Assembly (NCBI GenBank): GCA_964449245.1
Contig: CAYUXY010000002.1
Location: 39,463-103,462, forward strand
DNA: 64,000 bases
Source: an uncultured Candidatus Saccharibacteria bacterium
Lineage (GTDB): Bacteria > Patescibacteriota > Minisyncoccia > UBA6257 > GWB1-50-10
Reading direction: 5' to 3'
Part shown: piece by piece, positions 57,217 through 64,000 of the stretch
Position numbering within the stretch: position 1 is the first letter of the stretch
How the letters are laid out: every line of letters starts with the position of its first letter
Notes under the pieces: model-generated
The model's input: the letters and a program-made list of their open reading frames with translations, nothing else
What the model was told of the DNA's origin: nothing
Database searches by the model: none
Program-made: the position numbers and the translations under genes

Positions 57217-59973
57217 CTATACCGCAGGGCCTATCGGTTTCGTAATGCCATTAAAAATCGGAGTTTTTGAAAACTCACCGTTTACAAATCTCGCGCGGAG
57301 TATTTCCCCTATCGTAGCATTTCCCGAAACTTCATTGGGAGACATATTTATAGATTTCATAAAGTTAACCGCCTTCACATCGGCATCTTTATTCCAAACT
57401 TCCCACATCTTGCTCGCTTTTGTGTTAAAGAATCTATCAACTCCTGCATCATCCATTTTTGTAATAGACTTCACTGAATCAATAAATTGCGTTTCGTTTG
57501 CATTAAACGTCTGTTCAAGTTCAAAAAAGTTAGTGTTCAGCCTTGCAAGAGTCTTTGCGTCCTCTGCCGAAAATTCACTCGCGGGTATATTTTTCAAATT
57601 TTCATATTGAACGACAACATCTCTTATTCCTTGACTATATAAAACATTTTCTTGCTCGGTAAGAGAAAGTGAGGAAAAACTTTTTGCATTGCGTTCCAAA
57701 TCATTCGCGGTCTTTTCAAAAAGAGTCATCATTTGCTCGTGTTCTAAAATCGGAGACGCCTCTACCGCGATTTCGGGTTCATTGTTCAAAATCGGAATAC
57801 TCGGATCGGATTGATGTCCATAAACCGTACCTGCCCGCACTTCTTCTATGTTATCCTTGCCGTCAATCACAAATTTATCGGAAACATCTTCGGAAGAATA
57901 ATCTTTAAGATTATACGTTGTTCCGTCTGTATCCACAGACTCGCTTGAGACGTCGGAAGATACGTCGTGCGTATATTCATAAGTTCTTTCAAGCGGAATG
58001 TTTCCTCCCGACGGTTTGCCGTCAATAAATTCGCGGACAGATACTTCGCCGTTTGAGTCGTGCGTAATTACATAAGCAGGGTTCCCCTCTTCGCCTTCCG
58101 GACCTAAATCGAGAACGCGAACTTCGGTTCCTTCCGCCGGATTTATATATTCATTATCTACGGCGATATTGTATGCTTCTTTTCCGGACCAAGCGTGCAC
58201 TGCGGACGCGTCCGACGGATCCCCCTCATACCCCCATTCCTTCGGATTCACCTCAAGCTGACGCTGAATCGCGTGCGTTATCCCTTCTCCCTTGCCAACC
58301 GTTGCGCGGTCAATCATTTCCGGAGTAATACTAATTTTTGGGCTCACTACTCCGGTATTCTCGAATGATAAATGTGGAGATACTGCAGCCTTCGGGTTCG
58401 GAATCAACACGTCCGAATCGTGAACCTTCATCGGGTCATAGGCATCAGCCGAGCTTTCAACATTTATTTTCGGAGTAATAAAAGGATGGCCTGCCGTATC
58501 GACAGTTGTCGAGTTCGGAGGAGCATAATCCTGCTTATACATTCCAGAATGTACTTCCGGAGTGTGGATTGGAGCGGACGGAAAATGAACGGAATCCGCC
58601 AAATTCATAACGCCCTTGGAAATAAGGTCTCCGCCATATACACCGACACGGCTTCCCAAAAGTCCGGCGAGTATCGTTCCAAGCGTCCTGTTTGCCTTAT
58701 ACCATTTTTCTTGTTTTTTGAGTTTAGAAAGATATTGCTCGCTTAAGGCGATATTTTTGTCGGCGACATCTTTCAAAATTTTATTTCTTTCAAATTCGGA
58801 AGTTGTATCTACCGCGTGTAAAAGATCATCCGATACATCTTCTATCGCCTTTGTTTCAGTTCTTTCCGTAAGCTTTTCTCTATCGTGCTTAAGCGCCTTC
58901 TCGGCAAGGGGTTGAAATATTTTTTTAGAAAGAAGATAACCAAACTCTCCGCCAACAAGAGCTCTTACTACTTTGATTCCCACAAACCCAGCGCCTCCTA
59001 CACCAAGCGCAACAACGCCGGGAAACGCGAGCGCCATTCCGCCTCCGATAATTGCGGCGGTAAGCGCAGTGCGAGTATTTCTATTCATTTTAAAATATCC
59101 GCCGACAAGCTTACTTTCCGCGAGAGCCTCGCCTGTTCGTTTGAAAAATCTGCCAATACGACCCCCCTTCGGATCAATAGCCTCTTCCATTTTTACCCTC
59201 TCGTCCTGCCAGCGCATCATTTCAGCATTTATAAGTTTCATCGAATCAACTTCGATTTTCTGAACTTTATTTTCAAAACCACTGTCTCTCCCTTCGGCTT
59301 CCGCCTTGCTTAATTCCGTTTTTGTATATGAAATTTTAAATTCACGGAGCTTGTCTCTGTATTTATCTTCTAAAACAGCTCTCTGCCCGCGTAACTCTAA
59401 TCGCGATTTATCATTTTCGAGCTTTGCTTCTGGAGATTTATCAGCATTATATTTCTCATCCGCGATTCTCATTTTTTCGGCAAGCAAACGCATTTCGTTT
59501 CTCGTCTCCGCAACTTTCGCCGCAGTCTCTATCTCGGACATTGAAAATGCCTTATTCCTTAACGCTGCTACTATATTTTCTTTTGTTGGATCTACTCCTT
59601 CAGGAAAACCGCTCGGAATTCTTTTTTGAGTCAAAAAAGAATCGGCAACAATATCAATTTCATCGCTACTCAAAACGCGCCCATGCAATTCGTCATAAAG
59701 TTTTTTGACTATTTCTCTATTTTCTTCTTTATTCGGATCTATTCCTTTACTTTTTGCAATAGCGAATGTGGCACCAAATACATCCCGTTTAGTTAACGTT
59801 CCGGATAGAATTGATGCGCATGCCTTTGAATTCGCAGCATCTAATTGATCCGGTTTGTGCTTACTTGCATCAAAACCCAAAAGAACTTCGGAAGCAAACC
59901 CGAGTTCCTTATCCGGCTCTTCGTGTGAATTTTCTTGTTCGGGCGATGCGCCTTTTTGATCAGGATTTTCCAT
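57217..59973 (-). CDS. large hypothetical protein (918 aa) with acidic N-terminal region, coiled coils and central Gly/Ala-rich TM hairpin
   Basis: Long uninterrupted ORF. TM segment ALTAAIIGGGMALAFPGVVALGVGGAGFVGI. No recognisable catalytic motif. Confidence 0.6.
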   Translation of the reverse strand: MENPDQKGASPEQENSHEEPDKELGFASEVLLGFDASKHKPDQLDAANSKACASILSGTLTKRDVFGATFAIAKSKGIDPNKEENREIVKKLYDELHGRVLSSDEIDIVADSFLTQKRIPSGFPEGVDPTKENIVAALRNKAFSMSEIETAAKVAETRNEMRLLAEKMRIADEKYNADKSPEAKLENDKSRLELRGQRAVLEDKYRDKLREFKISYTKTELSKAEAEGRDSGFENKVQKIEVDSMKLINAEMMRWQDERVKMEEAIDPKGGRIGRFFKRTGEALAESKLVGGYFKMNRNTRTALTAAIIGGGMALAFPGVVALGVGGAGFVGIKVVRALVGGEFGYLLSKKIFQPLAEKALKHDREKLTERTETKAIEDVSDDLLHAVDTTSEFERNKILKDVADKNIALSEQYLSKLKKQEKWYKANRTLGTILAGLLGSRVGVYGGDLISKGVMNLADSVHFPSAPIHTPEVHSGMYKQDYAPPNSTTVDTAGHPFITPKINVESSADAYDPMKVHDSDVLIPNPKAAVSPHLSFENTGVVSPKISITPEMIDRATVGKGEGITHAIQRQLEVNPKEWGYEGDPSDASAVHAWSGKEAYNIAVDNEYINPAEGTEVRVLDLGPEGEEGNPAYVITHDSNGEVSVREFIDGKPSGGNIPLERTYEYTHDVSSDVSSESVDTDGTTYNLKDYSSEDVSDKFVIDGKDNIEEVRAGTVYGHQSDPSIPILNNEPEIAVEASPILEHEQMMTLFEKTANDLERNAKSFSSLSLTEQENVLYSQGIRDVVVQYENLKNIPASEFSAEDAKTLARLNTNFFELEQTFNANETQFIDSVKSITKMDDAGVDRFFNTKASKMWEVWNKDADVKAVNFMKSINMSPNEVSGNATIGEILRARFVNGEFSKTPIFNGITKPIGPAV

Positions 59974-59987
59974 AAATCATCTTTCAA

Positions 59988-60296
59988 TTATTTTGCGAGC
60001 ATAATTGATTTATAATTTGCGATTTCAGCCTTTATTATATCTTCGTAATCAGGTACCTCCGTCTTCAAAAACGCTAAAATACCATCAACGTCTTCCGGAG
60101 TTGAATCAAGCATGTTAGAAAATTCTTCGCGCTTGTCAGGATTTAACGCCTCGAAAATTTTCATCCACGCGCCACGCACGATAATATACGCCGCATCATC
60201 GGCAAGACCTTCTAATGTTTCTTTATCTACATCGCCCAAACCAAGTTCTTTGAACAAATCCAGTTTGAGCATTTCTTCTATTTTTTCTTTATCCAT
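59988..60296 (-). CDS. hypothetical acidic protein (102 aa)
   Basis: ORF with ATG start. No motif recognised. Confidence 0.45.
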   Translation of the reverse strand: MDKEKIEEMLKLDLFKELGLGDVDKETLEGLADDAAYIIVRGAWMKIFEALNPDKREEFSNMLDSTPEDVDGILAFLKTEVPDYEDIIKAEIANYKSIMLAK

Positions 60297-60419
60297 TTTT
60301 TATAGTATTTAATTTATTGACCTTTATTATACCACATACCATATACCATCGTCAATGCAACATTATTTATTAAGTATAACACAAAAAAACACTGTGTTAA
60401 AAGACAAAAGATAAACTTG

Positions 60420-60600
60420 TTACTTTTAACTTTCTACTTTCGTCTTTTATCTTGTTTCTTTTGTCTTTTATCTTTTCACTTGTTACTTTTAACTTTTCTG
60501 CCTACGGCAGATCTCCCGTAGGGAGACGACTTTCTACTCTTTTGTTTTTCTTCTTTTATCTTGTTTCTTTTGTCTTTCTTTACTTTCAACTTTCTACTTT
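60420..60600. repeat. AAAG/CTTTT-rich degenerate heptad-like repeat array with internal direct repeats flanking the palindromic core (60499..60530)
   Basis: Plus strand reads cttttatcttgtttcttttgtctttt on both sides of ctgcctacggcagatctcccgtagggagac. The transcribed minus strand reads GAAAGTAGAAAGTTGAAAGTAAAGAAAGACAAAAG. Confidence 0.8.
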
Positions 60601-60612
60601 CAACTTCTTTTG

Positions 60613-60683
60613 TGCGGTCAGGGAGAATCGAACTCCCGTCCGTTGCTTGGGAAGCAACCGTCCTACCACTAAACGATGACCGC
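60613..60683 (-). tRNA. tRNA-Gly (anticodon CCC)
   Basis: Manual cloverleaf: 7-bp acceptor GCGGTCA/TGACCGC, D-arm GTTT-AGTGGTAG-GGAC, anticodon arm GTTGC-TTCCCAA-GCAAC, T-arm GGGAG-TTCGATT-CTCCC, discriminator A. CCA is not encoded. Confidence 0.85.
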
Positions 60684-60688
60684 CTGAA

Positions 60689-61012
60689 TTATTCCTGCCC
60701 TTCCGGCAAGGTTGTTCCAAATCCGGAATCCTTCGAAACTTCCGGCGGAGGAACCACGATTATAAGCTTCTCTCCCGACTTAACTACATTCATTTGTGAC
60801 TTTAATTCTTTAACAAGGTTTTCGGGATTTTTCAAACATTCTATCTTGTCCGCAATGACAGCATTTTCTTTTTTCACATTTTCGGATGCGTCTTTTAATT
60901 CAAAAACTTCTTTGCTCACAGATCTGCGTTCTCCGGAAAGGCGAATGATACCCCAACCCAAAAAAGCCACAACAATTATAAAAATAAAAAATCTAAATGC
61001 CTTCATCGGCAT
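60689..61012 (-). CDS. septum formation initiator family protein (FtsB/DivIC-like)
   Basis: 107 aa with N-terminal TM and a coiled coil. Confidence 0.6.
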   Translation of the reverse strand: MPMKAFRFFIFIIVVAFLGWGIIRLSGERRSVSKEVFELKDASENVKKENAVIADKIECLKNPENLVKELKSQMNVVKSGEKLIIVVPPPEVSKDSGFGTTLPEGQE

Positions 61013-61048
61013 TATTATACATCAAATCAAAATCAAGCGAAAAAACTA

Positions 61049-63163
61049 TTATTTCTTGCGCCCTTCAATTATTTTTTGAGAAACGTTTTGCGGAACTTCG
61101 GCATAATGCCCAAATTCCATACTGAAAGAACCACGCCCCTGCGTCATAGAACGCAAGTTTGTAACGTATCCAAACATTTCTGACAAAGGAACATCGGCGT
61201 TTACAACCCGCGAAGGCCCGCGCTCGCCCATTTCGTTTATCTTTGCGCGCTTTGAGCTTAAATCACCGGTAACATCGCCCAAAAATTCCGATGGAACGAT
61301 TGTTTGTACGGACATTATAGGCTCCAAAAGCGTTGGGTTGGCATTTCTGACGCCTTCCTGAAACGCCATCGCGGACGCAATATGAAAAGCGATTTCGGAA
61401 GAGTCGACTTCGTGGAAAGATCCGTCGAAAAGCGTAACTTTTATATCAACAACGGGGTATCCGGCAAGCACTCCCTTAGTTACTGATTCTCTGACTCCTT
61501 TTTCCACTGCAGGAATAAACTCCTGCGGAATGATGCCTCCCTTAATCGCGTTTACAAACTCAAAGCCCGCGCCTCTCTCAAGCGGTTCAACCTTAAGTTT
61601 GACGTGTCCGTATTGTCCTCGGCCTCCAGACTGACGAATATATTTTCCTTCAGCTTCTGCCGACTTCTGAATTGTTTCTTTATACGCGACTTGCGGACGT
61701 CCTACATTTGCCTCAACTCCGAATTCGCGTTTCATGCGGTCAACCAAGACTTCCAGATGTAACTCGCCCATTCCGGAAATAATTGTGTCTCCAGTTTCCG
61801 GATCGCCACTAACGCGAAACGTCGGATCTTCTTCCGCAAGCTTGTGAAGCGCAATACCCATTTTTTCCTGATCGGCTTTTGATTTCGGCTCGATTCTTAT
61901 TCCTATAACAGGCTCCGGGAAAGTTATTTTTTCCAAGATAAGCGGGTGTTCCGGATCGGTAAGGGTGTCTCCCGTTCCCGTATTTTTCATTCCCACCAAC
62001 GCGCCAAGATCTCCGGCGTAAATTTCCTCAACTTCTTCTCTGTGATTTGCGTGCATTCTCAATATGCGCCCTATTCTTTCCTGACTATTTTTTGAAGCGT
62101 TTAATATATAGCTACCCCTCTTCAGAGTTCCCGAGTATACGCGGAAAAATGTGAGCGTTCCTACAAAAGGATCTGCGGCAACTTTAAACGCGAGCGCAGA
62201 AAGAGGCTCGTCGTCAATCGGATGCCTTTCTTCCTCTTCATGACTTGAGTTAAGTCCTTTTGTGGGAGGCTTATCAGCCGGCGACGGAAGATAATCTACA
62301 ACTGCGTCCAATACAAGCTGTACACCCTTGTTTCTTAACGCGGTTCCGCAAAAAACCGGAACGAGGTTGCCGGCAATTGTTGCTTTACGCAAAGCAACTT
62401 TCAAAGCGTCCACTGAGATTTCCTTTCCATCAAGATATTCAGCGATAAGAGCATCGTCTGACTCCGCGATTTTTTCAACAAGCGTGTGCCGTTTTTCTTC
62501 CGCAATTTTTACCAAATTTTCCGGAATATCATACTGAACTATTTTCTCGCCATGCTCTCCCTCAAAACGATATGCCTTCATAATAAGCAGGTCTATGACG
62601 CCGGAAAAATCTCCTTCTTCGCCTATTGGCCACTGAAGCGTAACGGCATTCGTAGTCAATCTTTCGTGAATAGATTTAAGGCTGTTTTCAAAACTCGCTC
62701 CGGTCCTGTCGAGTTTGTTTATAAAACATATTCTCGGAACATTATAATCATCAGCATAGTGCCAGTTTGTTTCGGACTGGGGCTCTACGCCGGCGACTCC
62801 GTCAAAGACAACGACAGCGCCGTCTAAAACGCGAAGAGACCGTTTAACTTCAACTGTGAAATCGATGTGCCCCGGAGTGTCGATAAGATTAATTCTGTAT
62901 TCGTGTTTTTTTGCATCCGGCGCGTTTTTATCAATAAATGTTGGAGTCCAAAAACACGTGGTTGCGGCAGCCGTTATCGTAATGCCACGCTCGCGTTCCT
63001 GATCCATCCAGTCCATAACAGCAGCACCTTCGTGCACTTCCCCTGTTTTGTGCGAAATTCCCGTATAAAAAAGCACCCTCTCCGATGTGGTGGTTTTACC
63101 GGCGTCAATGTGCGCCACTATTCCGATATCACGTACTCTTTCGATTGGATACTGTCGTGCCAT
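61049..63163 (-). CDS. fusA: elongation factor G
   Basis: 704 aa. G1 [10 protein letters not shown]3 DTPGH and EF-G domains II-V. Confidence 0.95.
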   Translation of the reverse strand: MARQYPIERVRDIGIVAHIDAGKTTTSERVLFYTGISHKTGEVHEGAAVMDWMDQERERGITITAAATTCFWTPTFIDKNAPDAKKHEYRINLIDTPGHIDFTVEVKRSLRVLDGAVVVFDGVAGVEPQSETNWHYADDYNVPRICFINKLDRTGASFENSLKSIHERLTTNAVTLQWPIGEEGDFSGVIDLLIMKAYRFEGEHGEKIVQYDIPENLVKIAEEKRHTLVEKIAESDDALIAEYLDGKEISVDALKVALRKATIAGNLVPVFCGTALRNKGVQLVLDAVVDYLPSPADKPPTKGLNSSHEEEERHPIDDEPLSALAFKVAADPFVGTLTFFRVYSGTLKRGSYILNASKNSQERIGRILRMHANHREEVEEIYAGDLGALVGMKNTGTGDTLTDPEHPLILEKITFPEPVIGIRIEPKSKADQEKMGIALHKLAEEDPTFRVSGDPETGDTIISGMGELHLEVLVDRMKREFGVEANVGRPQVAYKETIQKSAEAEGKYIRQSGGRGQYGHVKLKVEPLERGAGFEFVNAIKGGIIPQEFIPAVEKGVRESVTKGVLAGYPVVDIKVTLFDGSFHEVDSSEIAFHIASAMAFQEGVRNANPTLLEPIMSVQTIVPSEFLGDVTGDLSSKRAKINEMGERGPSRVVNADVPLSEMFGYVTNLRSMTQGRGSFSMEFGHYAEVPQNVSQKIIEGRKK

Positions 63164-63178
63164 ACAAATGTGTTGAAA

Positions 63179-63658
63179 TTATTTCTTTCCTTTTACAAAA
63201 CTTGCGAATGCTCTGTTCGCTTCAGCCATTCTGTGCATTTCTTGTTTTCTCTTTACTGCCGCTCCTTCATTTTTCGAAGCGGAAATAAATTCCTCTGCAA
63301 GTTTCTTTGCCATTGGAGCGCCTTTTCTTTTTCTCGCCGCGTCTATAATCCAGTGAGACGCAAGGAAAAATTTTCGCGCCGGACGAACTTCCCTAGGGAC
63401 CTGATAATTTGCGCCTCCGACCCGCTTTGAAACAACTTCCAAAAGGGGCGCGGCGTTTGTCATCGCTTTTTCAAAAATTTCCATCCCCTCTTCTTTCGTA
63501 TTTGTCTTTACTATATCAAGAGCATTATAGAAAACTTTTTCCGCGACGGCTTTTTCACCGTCGAACATAATGTAATTAATAAAACGCGTTACATCTACAC
63601 GCGAAAATTTATAATCACCCGGAAAATTTTTTTCTTTGTAATGACTGCGTTTTCTCAT
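63179..63658 (-). CDS. rpsG: 30S ribosomal protein S7
   Basis: 159 aa. S7 signature, within the str operon context. Confidence 0.9.
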   Translation of the reverse strand: MRKRSHYKEKNFPGDYKFSRVDVTRFINYIMFDGEKAVAEKVFYNALDIVKTNTKEEGMEIFEKAMTNAAPLLEVVSKRVGGANYQVPREVRPARKFFLASHWIIDAARKRKGAPMAKKLAEEFISASKNEGAAVKRKQEMHRMAEANRAFASFVKGKK

Positions 63659-63661
63659 ACT

Positions 63662-64000
63662 TTATTTTTTATCTCTCTTAGCTCCATACTTTGAGCGCTG
63701 TTGCTTTCTCGCGGTTACACCCTGCGTATCAAGTACGCCACGGATAATATGATATCTGACTCCCGGAAGGTCCTTAACTCTACCGCCACGTAAAACTACT
63801 ACGGAGTGTTCCTGAAGATTGTGTCCCTCTCCAGGGATATAAGCGCTTACTTCCATTCCGTTCGTTAAACGAACTCTCGCAACCTTTCGGAGAGCGGAGT
63901 TAGGCTTTTTCGGAGTCGTCGTAAATACCTTTAGGCAAACGCCCCTTTTGAAGGGGGATGTTGAGTACACGGGACGATTTTGTAAATAGTTAAAATAAAA
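63662..64000 (-). CDS. rpsL: 30S ribosomal protein S12 (partial, N-terminus beyond window edge)
   Basis: [31 protein letters not shown] ... [17 protein letters not shown]. The reading frame is open to the window end. Confidence 0.9.
   Translation of the reverse strand, partial: FYFNYLQNRPVYSTSPFKRGVCLKVFTTTPKKPNSALRKVARVRLTNGMEVSAYIPGEGHNLQEHSVVVLRGGRVKDLPGVRYHIIRGVLDTQGVTARKQQRSKYGAKRDKK

Noticed and set aside
57200-57610. 136-aa plus-strand ORF
   Set aside because: It is antisense to the C-terminal end of the 918-aa gene and starts inside the convergent terminator region.

Overview
This 64 kb window is AT-rich (about 40% GC) and gene-dense, with almost every gene on the minus strand. Several reduced features point to a Candidate Phyla Radiation / Patescibacteria-type genome. 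That lineage call is inference only.

What the window encodes:
- 1-5.3 kb: a MacA/MacB-type ABC efflux trio (permease cut off at the window edge), hpf, hisS and a small RRM RNA-binding protein.
- 5.4-11.5 kb: a complete F-type ATP synthase operon in the order atpB-E-F-H-A-G-D-C. The delta and epsilon subunits are unusually short.
- 11.6-17.3 kb: an ATP-cone/Mrr-like endonuclease fusion, a PPIase-less trigger factor, pgk, and a GalT / GT2 / GtrA glycosylation trio.
- 17.3-28.2 kb: a type IV pilus / competence-like cluster. It holds a membrane-anchored HerA/VirB4-class ATPase, two large pilin-like proteins with LamG domains, pilC, pilB, a canonical major pilin and a CheY-like receiver.
- 28.4-30.7 kb: a stand-alone 16S rRNA gene on the minus strand with its own promoter and terminator. 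It carries three insertions: an ORF-less ~640-nt intervening sequence inside the GGATTAGATACCC region, and two nearly identical 97-nt structured hairpins in V1 and V2. Its 3' tail reads GGAUUAAUUAA and has no CCUCC anti-Shine-Dalgarno.
- 30.9-38.2 kb: rpmE, rplY, a coiled-coil lytic-transglycosylase-like protein, an N-terminally truncated RF1 preceded by a 123-bp tandem duplication of its start region, fba, a 417-aa hypothetical and a PfkB kinase.
- 38.3-53.5 kb: an accessory-looking stretch. It has a 46-aa cationic Cys-rich small ORF, four tandem NUDIX hydrolases, a DUF1653 protein, a four-helix-bundle (rRNA-IVS-family) protein, secA, rmuC, a split comEC, a GNAT, and two tandem ~570-aa Cys-rich paralogs of unknown function. 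These genes are interleaved with a family of dispersed intergenic repeat modules, including AAAG-rich arrays and a shared palindromic core.
- 53.6-57.2 kb: a short RecQ, dus, and a plus-strand cassette of two genes. Each of the two is preceded by the same 47-bp consensus sigma70 promoter and a strong SD; one product looks like an outer-membrane beta-barrel.
- 57.2-64 kb: a 918-aa hypothetical protein, tRNA-Gly(CCC), an FtsB-like protein, fusA, rpsG and the start of rpsL.

No CRISPR array or transposase was seen.
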